A DNA stretch of 64,000 nt from Azolla caroliniana. Lineage: Eukaryota > Plantae > Polypodiophyta. Positions 39,293 through 52,620 of the stretch are shown here, piece by piece. Location: the NCBI GenBank assembly GCA_043228905.1, contig JBHGNT010000003.1:15810001-15874000 (forward strand). Reading direction: 5' to 3'. Numbering within the stretch: position 1 is the stretch's first letter; every line of letters begins with the position of its first letter. The position numbers and the translations under genes are program-made. The notes below the pieces were generated by a model that was given only the letters and a program-made list of their open reading frames with translations, ran no database searches and had not been told where the DNA came from.

Positions 39293-39703
39293 ACTATTGA
39301 CAATTTCATAGAGATGATCCCAATTAGGAGCATACTTGCGGGCTTCCTTTATACATGTGTCCTCCACATACATAAATTCCTCTTTTTCAATCATCTCTAG
39401 ACAATCCCATATTCCTCACTAAATTGATAATTATAGTGTAGCATGAAAATACTTGAATTGTTTGCATGTGTGCCCATCTAATCACTTCCTTCAAATGTCG
39501 TGAGGCGTGGTTAACATTAAAATATGTTAATCCCTCGAGTCGATCAATGTTAACATTGACGATGATGAAATGGTACAGATATGCCTGGGCGACCTAGCAC
39601 CTCAGTTCGGTGCAATAAGGTTGGTCGTCCTCATGAGGGAGAATCCTCCCTCCTTTGATCTCCAGTCGAAGAAAATCACGAACGAAGAGAAATGTGCAAG
39701 AAG

Positions 39704-42700
39704 TGTTGAATGCGGGTCTGTAATGAACGTATTCACATTGTCTCCTTTTGTACACACTAGATTTAGGCTATTTATGTAAATAGTGAGAAGGGCAGTTGCC
39801 CTAAGTCAGTCAGTATATAAATTGACTATTGAGCGAGCAAGCTCAACCGGATGTGGATTGGTTGAATAAGCCAGAGCTGGATCGGTATCCGGATGGTATC
39901 TGGAATCAACCGGGCGGATCGAGGAGACGGATCGGAGAGCCGAATTCGAGTGGGAATCGGAAGCCTAGTAGTAGCCTAGACTACTAGGTAATCATTGTCC
40001 CGTAGTTAGTGTCAGTTACACATAGGAATATTGAAGTACCTGTCAGTCCTGTATGGACTTGTATAAATAGTGTTGTTTAGCATGTTGTATGTACAAAGTT
40101 ACAGAGTGTTTTGATTTTTGAATCTACGTTTACGTTTTGCTCTCTCTGTCTCTCCTGCTTATACTGCTTGGTAAGGAAAAGCCGATACGGAATGTCGGTA
40201 CTGTGGCAAAAGGGGCCATAGGGAAAGCGAGTGCTGGAAGAAGCGCGCCGATTCGGACAAATCCAAATCCGGCAAGACCGATCGGGAAAACCGGCAAGCT
40301 CACACTACACAGAAGGATCAGAAGGATCTAGAACCGGGAAGACCGGTAAAGGGCCAACCTTCGTGATGAAGCACAAGGCTAACTCGATGAAGGAGACTAC
40401 TTCCGGATTGGAGGAAGTATGGTACATTGATTTTGGAGCGTCCAACCACGTGACGAGCCATGAAGAGTGATTCTCGTTTTTGGAGAAACCGGGACAACCA
40501 GGAATTGTCGAAACGGGAGACGACACTCGTCACTTGATTGTGCATGTTGGAGAAGTCCCTTTGAGCCATGTCGGACAGAAGGGGAAGCTGATGAACGTAT
40601 TACACGTACCGACAATCACAAAGAACCTGGTGTCGGTCGGACAAATCGTCGACCAGGGGATGTAGGTGCGGTTTACGCACCTCGGGTGCTTCATAGAGAA
40701 AGAAGGCCGGATAATCGCGCAAGGGCGCAGAGAAGGGAGGATGTTCATCCTCAACACCAATGGCGTCAACACTGCCATGTTTGCCAAAGGACAGAAGATT
40801 GAATCGGACATCGACCTTTGGCATGAGCGGATTGGCCACGTCAACTACCGAGGCTTCAGGACCTGCAAACGAAACAAGTTGTTTTCAATTTGCCGAAATT
40901 TAGCGGCCGAAAGGCCGAAATTTGTGAAGCCTGCCAACTTGGGAAGCAACACCGGCTTCCATTCCCCACTGAATGAAACCAGAGCCATAACAAGCTCGAT
41001 TTAATCCATTGGGATGTATGGGGACCAAGACAAAATGTTAGTCTTGGTGGTAGTCGGTATTTCGTCTCCTTCATCCACGACTACAACCGACACACGTGGA
41101 TTTACCTCATTGAGAAGAAAAGCGAAGTCTTCGACTGTTTCTGCAACCTTCAAAGTTTAGTCGAAAGGGAAACGGAGAGGAAGATCAAGTGCCTGCGGTT
41201 GGATGGTGGAAGCTTCGGATATTCGGCAACATCGGAAGAAGCTAGATCCGAAGTCGGAGAAATGCAGCCTAGTCGGTTACTCGCATGAGCAAAAGGGGTA
41301 TAAGTTCTATAATCCCCGGACGAAGCAGGTCTGAGTAAGATGAGATGTTGAGTTCGACGAGACGACATCGTGATATTCTCTACCGACTCCGACTTCCGAC
41401 TTTGACCCAATCCCGGAGGATGAGGCCAGTGAGCCTGAACCGGTCCAGATAGAAGATGATGAGCTAGAGACTCTAGAAGAGAGTCCGGAATCATTTCGTT
41501 TGAGCGGACCGAACGAGCGACTGGGTCAAAGTGACCAGTCGGATGAGGAACCAACGAGTAGTGGAGACTCTGCCGTGCTCTCCTCACGCAAGGAACCGAG
41601 GAGACGGTTCTCACGCAAAGAGAAAGGGAAGAAAAAAATATCAGAATATGAAGCCGACAACGTTGAGTTGGATCGGAGCGAATCCGACTTCGGAGCGGTG
41701 TGCCGGCTTAAGAAGTCGCTTTACGGCTGTAAGATGGGGTTTGTGACCTCTAAATCTGACTCATCGTTGTTCATCTAGCAAGGTCCGGATGGTCCGGTTT
41801 GCATCTTACTTTATGTAGATGATTTAGTCATCACCTGACCCGGACTCAATGAAATCGACCGTGTCAAGGCCCAACTATCGGATGCATTTGAGATGAAGGA
41901 TCTGGGGGACCTTCATTATTTCCTTGGGATCGAGGTGATCCGAACCCCCGACGTTGCTCTCACAACAACACTATGTGTTGAATATGTTGTACAAGTTTGG
42001 CATGACGGAATGCCGACCTATCTCCACACCCCTGGACCAGAACTAGAAGCTCCGTCCCAACTTTGGACCGGCTTGCGATGAGAAACGGTTCTGACAAATA
42101 GTCGGAAGCTTGATATACTTGACAATCACCCGACCCGATATTAGTTATCCTGTCAGTGTGATCAACCAGTTCATGCAGAAGCCGACTGTGGAGCACCTTT
42201 AGTGCGCGCATCGAATATTGCGGTATGTGAGCAGCACGAAGGACCGGGGACTGTTATACTGGCATGGTATAACTGAAGAGCTAGTCGGATACACATATGC
42301 CGACTGGGCTAGTGATGCATCGGATCGCCGATCCACCTCCGGTTACAAGTTTTCTCTAGGTAGCGCGGTTGTTGCGTGGAGCAGCAAAAAGTAGCCAACA
42401 GTGGCTCTGTCGAGCATTGAGGCTGAGTACCACGGCGCTACCAATGCCACCTGTGAAGCCATCTAGCTTCGGCGACTACTGTGAGATCTCCGGATCAAGG
42501 TGCCGACCCCGATCCTAATCTACTGCGACAACATAAGCATCATACAACTAGCCAAGAACCCCGTGTTCCATGCTCGAACAAAGCACATAGAAGTGCATTA
42601 TCATGAGTGAACAGGTCCTGAGCGGTGAAGTCGAACTTCGGTATGTTCAGACGGATCGGCAGGTTGCTCACATCTTCACCAAACCGCTCGGATCAGACAA

Positions 42701-43788
42701 GTTGCAGCACTTCACCGAAATGCTTGGTGTTCAACATCTCGACGTGCCACACTTGAGGGGGAGAACAGGCACAAGCAAAGACAAAGAAACCAGTGCCATA
42801 ATGGGCAAAGGCAAAGAAATCGGTGCCATAACGGGCAAAGACAAAGAAATAGCTGATGGCACTGGACTAGGACCTGGAAAGGGAAGAACCAACAAAGGGG
42901 GAGACAAAGGGAAAAAGGAAGTCGAGTCGATGAAGGAAGTCGGCACATCCGAACAAGTCGGAACGAGCGGCATCGGTGGCAGAGTCAAGAAGGATAGAGC
43001 CAACCGGAAGGAGAAGGCCAAGAGACGGACATGGTCTGATGTGGTGAGGGTCCTGAAACCGGAAGGCTAATTGGAGAACATCGACTCGGACAAGAGCGGG
43101 AACGAATCAGAGACAGCCGATTCGCTTCAATTGTTGGATTCAGAGGAGCCGGATCAACTAAAGGCCAAGCAAACACGGACGCAGCGGAGGTCGACGCCAA
43201 CACGAAGGAACCGACGGGTCGACAAGTGCCGGAGTCGCAACAATGAGGGAGCTGAAATGGGCCTGTTGAGTAGACAAGCTGACCGAGGAGGTCGAGGTGC
43301 GCAGAACCAGATGGGTTGCGGCAAACAAGACAGGATCGGACGAGGAGCGCAAGCAAGGCGGACTGATGCTAGGAGCCGGGTAGAAGAACCGGTTGCACGG
43401 ACACTAACACCACGATATGACCTCAAGTTGAGCTTGAGGGGGAGTGTTGAGCTAGCAAGCTCAACCGGATCCGGATCGGCTGAATAAGCCAGAGCCAGAT
43501 CAACATCTGGAAGGATGAGCCGGAACACATTGTGAGAAGGCTATTTACGTAAATAGTGAGAAGGGCAGTTGCCCTAAGTCAATCAGTATATCAACTGGTT
43601 TTGTAACCTAGTTTGGTGGTTGGTTGGAATACTATCTATCTTGTGCCTAATAATCTCTCTTTCTAGCTGTGTCTTGTTTCTCTGTTTCTATTTCAAATGC
43701 CATCAATCTACATTGCTTTCATCCACTTATGATCCTTACCGTAGGAGGGTGATGATTTGTTCTGCACGACACGACTCCGTTCTCAACA
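39704..43788 (+). mobile_element. Solo LTR inserted in copia gag, itself interrupted by the element at 39827-43528
   Basis: TGTTGAAT...TCTCAACA termini with TSD AGAAG (39699-39703, 43789-43793). Orientation is tentative. Confidence 0.75.
39827..43528 (+). mobile_element. Decayed copia of a second family (truncated LTRs, gag mostly deleted, PR-INT-RT-RH remnants)
   Basis: LTR starts T(A/G)TTGAGC..GCAAGCTCAACCGGAT at 39827 and 43445. WYIDFGASNH, LWHERIGH, YVDD and KHIEVHYH present. PPT GAGGGGGAG before 43445. Confidence 0.88.
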
Positions 43789-46700
43789 AGAAGGACACAT
43801 GCTTTATTCGAACTTGGATGGAGGAAGGGGATAAATCCATGGAAGCAATGGCTGATTTGGCCATGGCCGACACAACCAGGAACAACCCTACAAACAAAAT
43901 TTTCTACCACCGGCAAGATTTTGCAAACACGCGAGGTGGAGCGTCTCAAAGGGGGAGCAATCATGCGGGACTAACCGACAAAAAAACTTTGTCCAATGTG
44001 GATATTGTGGCAAATTCGGCCACTATGAGGCAGAGTGCCATAAAAAGAAGAGTGGGGTTAGCCTTCACAAGCCGACAACTCAATAACTATGCCTCCAACT
44101 ATGACTACAATGATCGTGGCAGAATGTTTGTAATAACGCACAAGCGAACTCAATGTCGGGCTCCAAGCCGACCCACACCTCCAACTCAGAAGATGTATGG
44201 TTTGTTGAGTCATGTGCATCCAATGACATGACACCTCATAAAGATTGGTTCTGAGAGCTACAAACAAGGGGGCATCGCTAAACCCCATTCTATTGTAGTG
44301 AGACATTTGTTTATTGATTCGATGAACCTGAAACTTTGAGGAAATGCTTTTGGATATTTTCAAACTCTTTCCAAATGGATTTAAGGTGACACTATCACCC
44401 CCCCATAAACAATGTTGCGAATCAAGCTCAATCTAACATTGTGTGTGAACACACCCTTTGAGAATCTATGTGCTCTCAAAGGTCAAGAGTCACACCACTC
44501 TCTACACATTAACTATGTGTCATAGAATCATATTCTATGACACATAACTAATGAGTTCCATATTCCCCATGACTAATGAGTCTTCACATTCCTGAAGGTT
44601 CTAGAGAGAAAGTGGACATTGTAGTGAGTTAATGAAGAGTGAGGGTGACCTTATATAAAGCACCCTCCTCTTACTTCATAGAGTATTCTCCTTGTTAATA
44701 TACATCTTCTTCTTGAGTATTCTATTTTCCATTCTTTCATCTATCTATCTTGTGTTTTCTCTTCTCTCATCTCTTTCCTCTCACACATACACATAACACA
44801 CATCTCTTCTGTTGCACAAGAGTCATATCCGATTCTTTACATGGTATCAATGTGGTTTGGTAGCTTGATCTAGCCCATCCACGTGTGTTGTGCTCTACTC
44901 TGACGTTCAAGAAGAACTGGTCCATCAATATCATAGTGCCACTACATAGCTCGTGTTCGAGAGAGAAGGAAAAAAAGAAAGAAAGCTTCATTGGCATAAT
45001 GAATACTCAAATTGGGAGCACTCTCCCTACGGAGAAGCTAGATAGAAACAACTTTGCATCTTGGGAGTACAAGATGCACCAATACCTTGTCGGCCAAGGC
45101 TATTGGAGCTACATCGAAGGAGCACAAGAAAATCGACCCAACCCAATGACTCTTGACTACTCAAGATGGGAGCAAGCGGCAAGCCGAGTGATGTATTGCG
45201 TGGCGACATGTGTTCGTGACCACATGTTTGGCTACATTCGAGAAGTCAAGACGCCGAAGGAAGCATGGGAGAATCTCAAGAAGATATTCACCATCAACAC
45301 GATAGCATGAAAGCTTCAACTCCGCCAAGATTTGAACATCCAACAAAGGGATATGTCCATCTCAAGCTACACCTTGAAGTTCAAGGAGTTTTGTGACTTG
45401 CTCGGCTCAATAAGCGTCGATGTTGATGATGATGAGATGGTGCAAATATGCTTCAGCGCGATGAGGACCGTCGTACTAGCATGGGAGAATCCTCCCTCTT
45501 TCTTCGATCTTCAATTCATGTTGTTAGTTGAAGAAAACCATGTTTGAATGAGGAGCAATTCCTCGGAAGACCACATGCTCTACACACATTCAAACGGCGG
45601 AAGAGGACATAACCGAGTAAGAGGCCAATTCGGCCAAGGACGAGGCGGACAAGGTCTGACTTACGAAAACAACTCCCAATTTCGGCAACAAGACGGAAGC
45701 CATCGAGGAACCTTCAAAAGAAGGAGGAGCTTTCATTCCAGTCTGAACCGATAAAACTCGATTGAATGCGGATATTGTGGCAAAATTGGCCACCACGACG
45801 AAGAGTGTCGAAAGAAGAAGCGCGAGTTGGCTTCTACTAGCCAACAACTAACCATCTATGCCACAAATTTTGACTATGACGTCCATGGCGGAATGTTCGT
45901 GATGAGACATAGAGAAAATTCTACGTTGGCTTCTACTTCAACTAGTGCCTCCAGTCCGGAGGACGTATGGTTCGTAGACTCCTGCGCCTCGAACTATATG
46001 ACGTCTCATCAAGAATGGTTTCGAGAACTTCGTGAGCCGGATCGAACCGGCTATATCAAAACCGGAGACGACACTACTCACCAATTCGGCACATCGGCAA
46101 TGTTCCATTTGGCAAAGAAGCTAACCAAAATTATATTAAGAATTTCTTGCATGTACCGACCATCACAAAGAATTTGGTCTCCATCGGCCAAATTGTTGAG
46201 CAATGGATGCAAGTTCGATTTAATCAAGGCAGTTGCTTTATCGAGAAAGAGGGTCAACTCATCGCTCGCAGACGAAGAGAGGGCCGAATGTTCATTCTCG
46301 ACTCGCACGAGATGAAATCGGCCATGTTTGCACCAAAGCCGACACTGACATAGAGTTGTGGCACATTGTCAAGTGGATTGGCCACATCAACCTCCGAAAG
46401 CTCAAGGCAATGCAATTGAAAGGAGTCGTCATTAGACTCCCGAACTTCAAAGAGAAAGAGATTGAAGGCGTATGTGCAACTTGCCAATTCGGCAAGCAAC
46501 ATCGGCACCCATTTCTGAAGGAGAGGAATGTGAGCAAAGGCGTACTTGATGTAATTCATTCCGATGTATGGGGACCAGCTCAAACGACTACATTCGGTGG
46601 ATGACGATACTATGTGGCCTTTATAGACGACTTCTCCAAGCACACCTAGATCTACCCCATGCGACAAAAGAGTGAAGTGTTCAGACACTTCCAAAAATTC

Positions 46701-47224
46701 AAGAGTGGCATTGAAAAAGAAACAGGTCGACATGTACGACGTCTTCGGTCAGATGGAGGAAAAGAGTACTTTAACGATTTTTTGGCTTTTCTTCAGAAAG
46801 AAGGAATTCGGCGAGCGTTTTCATGTCAACATACGTCACAACAAAACAAAGTAGCCAAACAAAAGAATTGGCACATCCTCGAAGTAGCATGGGCCATGCT
46901 TAATGAGAAGCACATGCCGAAGTTGTACTGGGCAAAAGGCGCCAACACAACCGTCTAGCTAATGAACCGGTGTACACCATTTGGCGTGAATGAGGTTACC
47001 TCATATGACATGTTCGGATATTCGGTTCCATTGCATACGTGCACATCCCTAACGAGAAGCGACAAAAGCTCGACCTGAAGTTGGAGAAATGTATCCTCGT
47101 AGGATACTCATTGGAGCAAAAACGGTACAAGTGTTATAACCCCTAGACTCAGAAGGTTCATGTGAGTCGAGAAGTAGTCTTCGACGAATCAGCCTCATGG
47201 TACGAACCCAAGCCAACTCCTCCC

Positions 47225-48566
47225 CATGGTTGTTTACGTACCCGTATTTAACATTTAAATGGGATAGACATGACAACAACAATCATGTCAAGATTTGAAC
47301 TCTTGACCTCTTATATATAGTTAAGTGTTGTGCTCTAACCAACACGTCCAAATATATGGTCATGTTATATATATCTTAGTAGATTATTAGTAGATTATAT
47401 ATTTCAAGTCACAGGAGTTTTTAGAAAGTTCTAGAACTACAAGGTTCTAGAGGGTTCTAGAATATTCTCTCGAATATTCTAATGCATGTACTTAGACTCA
47501 CAGTATAAATACTTGTAACCTCCTTGGTCCCTTTCAAGGGATTCAATGCTAGTCATTGACACATCAATCTAGTATTATCGTCTCGCCCCATCTTGTCTCC
47601 TTCATCTTCATATTTCTCTTCATGCTCTCCAGTTAACCCTAGCTTCCTATGTTCATAGTCTTGTCGTCCACAGCTTCTAGAGTTCCTAGCCTTGTCACTT
47701 CCGGTTCCACTTATCAGTCGTAGCCTCGTCATCCATGCTCCGTAGTAGTCTGTGGTTGGTGTGTCTGTGACATTAAATACGTATAGTACCTCATCATTTG
47801 TATAGTATGTACTATACCTCAATGTTGTTCAGTCAAATATCATGTACATTTGTCCAATACGGTATTTAACGTATTTATAAAAAAACAGGTATAATATGTA
47901 TTTATAAAGAAAATGTAAGTAAAACCCCAACAAAAAGCAAAAGAAAAAAACGATTTTAGTGAAAAAGAAACCAAAGGAAGGAAGAAAGAAGAATAGAAGA
48001 GACGACGATGAAAGAAGAAGAAGAAGAAGAAGAGAGAAAAGAAGACATAAACTTATCCTTACTCTGAGTGTGATAATCGTAGAAGATAGAAGAAGAAGAA
48101 TCTAAGAAAACGAAGAAAAGAGAAACCTATCATGAGTGTGATAATCGTAGACGATTCCTCAATCTATGAAGGCATAATTGTAAATAATTACAATTTGAAG
48201 TAGAACATCATGATACACACTTACACTGATTTATAGAATAAGGGAATGTCAACATCCATATTACTACAAATATTTTAGGATGTGAAATGTTCAAATGTCT
48301 TATATGCATTTTAGGATGTAGAACTATATTGTACATCACAAAATTGTGTAAACATAGATGTTTTTTACAATATTATAGATATTGTTTAGAAAGGTAGATA
48401 ATTTTCAAACTCTAGATGTATTTAACGTACTATACGTAAAATATGTATTTTATAAGTATTTAACATATTAAGAAAACGTATTTAATGTATTTTTAAATTG
48501 GGAAATACTGTTCGCGTATTAATACGTTATATATGTATGGGATCCGTACCGTACCTAACAACCTTG
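47225..48566. mobile_element. Non-autonomous hAT-type DNA transposon inserted in the copia
   Basis: Perfect 8-bp TSD CTCCTCCC (47217-47224, 48567-48574). Imperfect TIRs CATGGTTGTT / AACAACCTTG. Subterminal CGTATTT-type repeats. No ORF. Confidence 0.85.
47260..47772 (+). mobile_element. Solo LTR (chromovirus-like architecture) inside the non-autonomous hAT
   Basis: TG(GGA)TAGACA...TGTCTGTGACA termini. 5-bp TSD TTAAA (47255-47259, 47773-47777). TTCTAGAA arrays and TATAAATA as in the LTR at 56354. Confidence 0.8.
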
Positions 48567-50061
48567 CTCCTCCCGAATCATTTCTAGTTGACTTGGAATC
48601 CACTAAACAAGAGATAGAAGATGGAGATCGACTCAAACACATGTTCGAAGAAATTCTGATTATGACAAGGCTTAGTGGGCCACAAGAGCTCCCGAGCAAC
48701 CAAAGCACATCTCGGCCTAGTCCGAAGATGGACAAAGGAAAGGTGAAAATGCCGGAGCATGAAGATGATCAATTCGACGACAACGAATCGACTCACTCCC
48801 TCGACAGTAAGTTTGGTGGCTTCGATGTACCAATCATGAAGACACTTGGCGTAAAGAAAGCCATTGCCACGGCAAACGAAAAACTCTGTCGCTCCACCCG
48901 TGAGAAGAATACTGTTAGCCGATTCGGCGACAACGATTGCCTTTATGATGAAGGTGGTGACAATTCGAGAACCAAAAAGTTTTTCAAAAGCAGCCAAGGA
49001 TGCACGATGAACGAGGAGATGCGGGCACTATGCAAGAACGAGACACTCACCGCACAAGAAGGCAATTGATTACAGATGGATTTACAAGGTGAAGTATAAT
49101 GCTGACGGCTCCGTCAACTGCTACAAAGCTCCACTCGTAGCGAAAGGATACACACAAACACATGGAGTTGACTATGAAGAGACCTTTGCCCCGATGGCAA
49201 AGATGATGACTATGTGAACTGTAATTGCACTTGCAATAGCGAAAGGGTGCACCTCCATCAAATGGACGTAACGTCTTTCTTTAAGGAGAATTAGAAGATG
49301 AGGTGTACGTGGTACAACTGCTCGGCTTCGAATCAACCATCCATCCAAAAGCAGTCTGCCGACTGAAGAAGCCACTCTACGGCCTTAAGCAATATCTTCA
49401 TCGAATCGGCTTTCGAATGTCGAAATCCGACAATGTCCTCTACGTACGAAACGACTCTGAAAGCCCGATTGTCACCATCCTATATGTGGATGATCTGGTC
49501 ATTGGAGGTGAAATTCTAATAGACATCAACAAGGTCAAGTCCCTCCTCTCCAACAAATTCGAGATGACGGACATAAAGGAGCTCCATTACTTCCTTGGCA
49601 TCGAGGTAATTCGGACTCCGCCCGACATTATGATCTCTCAACGACACTACATCCTCAACTTATTATAAAAGTTCGGGATGACTAAGTGCAAATCTGTGGC
49701 AACCCCTCTCGATCGAAACCTCAAACTGGATGCCGACTCCGACACGGAAGAGTGCGAGCTGACTTAGTATCAACACTAACCAGGAGTCTCATCTACCTCA
49801 CGATCACTCGAACCGACCTCAACTATCCGGTCGGCCTGCTTAGCCAATTCATGCAAACGCCATGAGATATCCATTTGGATTGTGCTAAGCGAGTATTACG
49901 ATATACATGAGCGGCACAATGAATTGTGGTATTCTCTATGAATCAACCACACCAATTCGACTCTAAGGGTACACAAATGCTAACTGGGTCGATTATAGGG
50001 ATGATCAACGATCGACCTCCAGATTTGTTTTCTCCCTCGACAACAGAGCGATTTCGTGGAG

Positions 50062-50395
50062 TAGCAAGAAGCAACCAATTTTCCCTCTTTTGAGCACAGA
50101 GGCCAAATACAAGGGTGCAGTCGTGGCCACATGTGAAGCCATATGGCTCAAGAGGATTTTGAAGGATGTAGGCGCTCCCATCAAGGATCTGACTCCCCTT
50201 TACTCCGATAACATGAGCAATATTTATCTAGCAAGAAGCAACCAATTTTCCCTCTTTTGAGCACAGAGGCCAAATACAAGGGTGCAGTCGTGGCTGCATG
50301 TGAAGCCATATGGCTCAAGAGGATTTTGAAGGATGTAGGCGCTCCCATCAAGGATCTGACTCCCCTTTACTCCGATAACATGAGCAATATTTATC
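50062..50395 (+). repeat. 167-bp tandem duplication within copia RNase H
   Basis: TAGCAAGAAGCAACC...TATTTATC units start at 50062 and 50229. Confidence 0.9.
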
Positions 50396-52620
50396 TGGCT
50401 CGGAACCTGGTGTTCCACGCACGCACAAAGCATATCGAAGTGCACTATCACTTCATTTGAGAGCATGTACAGGCCGGAGATGTCGACCTTCAACACATCA
50501 ACACGAATCTTCAGACAACCGACATCTTCACCAAGGCCCTAGGAGCTAACAAGCTTCGGCAATTCATGTCAGACCTTGGATTGACGATCCTTGAGTTGCC
50601 AAGCCTGAGGGGGAGTACAAGAGAGGATTGGATATCGTCCGAGCCGGATACCAGCCGAAGCGAACATCAACCGAAAGGAGCCGACCTGAGTTGAGCTTGA
50701 GGGGGCGTGTTAAGAATCAAGATCAATCTAACATTATGTGTGAACACAACCTTTGAGAATGTATGTGCTCTCAAAGGTCAAGAGTCACACCACTCTCTAC
50801 ACATTAACTATGAGTCATAGAATCATAGAATCATATTCTATGACACATAACTAATGAGTTCCATATTCCCCATGACTAATGAGTCTTCACATTCTTGAAG
50901 GTTCTAGAGAGAAAATGGACATTGCAATGAGTTAATGACGAGTGAGGGTGACCTTATGTAAAGCCCCCTCCTCCTACTTCATAGAGTGTCGGTTGTGACT
51001 CCTTGTAATGCTACATTTTGTATTTTGTATTCTCCTTGTTAATATACATCTTCTTCTTGAGTATTCTATTTTCCATTCTTTCATCTATCTATCTTGTGTT
51101 TTCTCTTCTCTCATCTCTTTCCTCTCACACATACACATAACACACATCTCTTCCGTTGCACAAGAATCATATCCAACTGTTTACAAAGAAGCATTGGTGT
51201 CACCAAAATGTCTAAAAGGTATTTCTACATAATATGTTGCCTCTCTCACCTTAAGTAGTGGGTAGCACATTCATTTCATCTATTATTTGAGAGAACTTTA
51301 AGGCCAAGGTGTTCTGTATTAAGTTCAATTAGCTCATTACTAGACATAATGCATGGTTTATCTTTATTTTGGTCTTTCACAAGCATAATATTTGCTTTAG
51401 GTCTATTAACATTTAACTTAATCAGCATGCAAAACTCTTTGAATTCCTTGAGAAGAATTTATGCATGTTCGAAAGAATTTGCAGAAAGCATCACATCATC
51501 TACATGCGACAAAAGCATGACAATTACGTTCCTAGTGACAACTTCAATACCTCCTTCTATTACGAATTTGGAAACCATTTGTTTGATGCATTAATGCAGA
51601 ATGCAAATAAAGTTCAAGGTGAGAGTGGGAATCCTTTCTTAATGTAAATATCGCGATTGAAAAAGTCTGAAATTTCATTAGCCATAGCAATGGGCCCGAT
51701 TCGGTTTCGGTTTGGTTTGGTTTTTTGGCCTTGAAACCAAACCAAACCACTTATTAAGAAAAAAAACCCAACCAAACCGTTTGAACATTTTGAAGCCATT
51801 TAAACCAAACCATTTAAGCCAAACCGTTTAGGAACAATTTAGAACCAAACCAAAGCATTTACGAAAAAATCAGAACCAAACCAAACCATTTACGAAAAAA
51901 CCAAAACCAAACCAAACCAAACCAAACCACTTTAAGAAAATGTAACAAAAGACATTGCAACATCTAAACCAAAACTAGAGATTCGTTAGACATAATAAAG
52001 AAAGTAGAGGTTAGATAAACATAAAAACAAAACCAAAGACAAATAATAATAAACAAAACGAATTACAGAAAGAGAAACAGAAATTTAGACATTTGAAATG
52101 TTTTTTGAAGAAAAATACCATAATAAACAAAAAAAATTTGATAATAAAGTTTTGTGGAGAATGTATAGATAATACACAAAAAACTAAAAGGTTTTTGGAA
52201 TGAAATCCTAGAGCTTATGACCAACAATCGATCATATACAGTTCACGTCAACATTTAAGTTTATATCCAACATTTACAACAAAGTCAAAAATATAGGAAA
52301 AATGTGAAAAACCTCTACATAAACTAATGTTCCTCTTTTAGTTTCCAATGTTTACTTTCAGCTAGAATTACGGATTCCTGGAAGTATAAAATATGTAAAA
52401 GAAGTAATTAGTAATAAAATAATAAAATAAAAACAAATTCGTAAAAGTATGCACTAAGAAATTACAATGTCTTCGAGGATCTCCAATTGCAACTTGCATT
52501 TCATGGATTTGTGAAAAAGTATCATGATTCCTGTACCATGTACATATTAAAAACATCAAATAAGTAAAAAACTAGTAATGAAAAATAAACTTAAAGAATG
52601 AATTAAAATGTATGTACACC

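Larger units (their letters stand above)
44413..51185 (+). mobile_element. Full-length decayed Ty1/copia element (same lineage as 4287-13300)
   Basis: LTRs 44413-44841 and 50708-51185. TSD AACAA/AAGAA. PBS TGGTATCA at 44842 and PPT GAGGGGGCG. gag, PR, INT, RT (YVDD) and RH remnants with many stops. Confidence 0.93.

Noticed and set aside
42603-43528. ORFs in the 3' spacer of the second copia family as a possible env-like gene
   Set aside because: Short, low-complexity and hydrophilic, with no transmembrane segment.
51700-51935. AAACCAAACC arrays as a CRISPR-like or telomeric array
   Set aside because: These are hAT subterminal repeats mirrored at the other end (61560-61750); there are no spacers and the context is eukaryotic.
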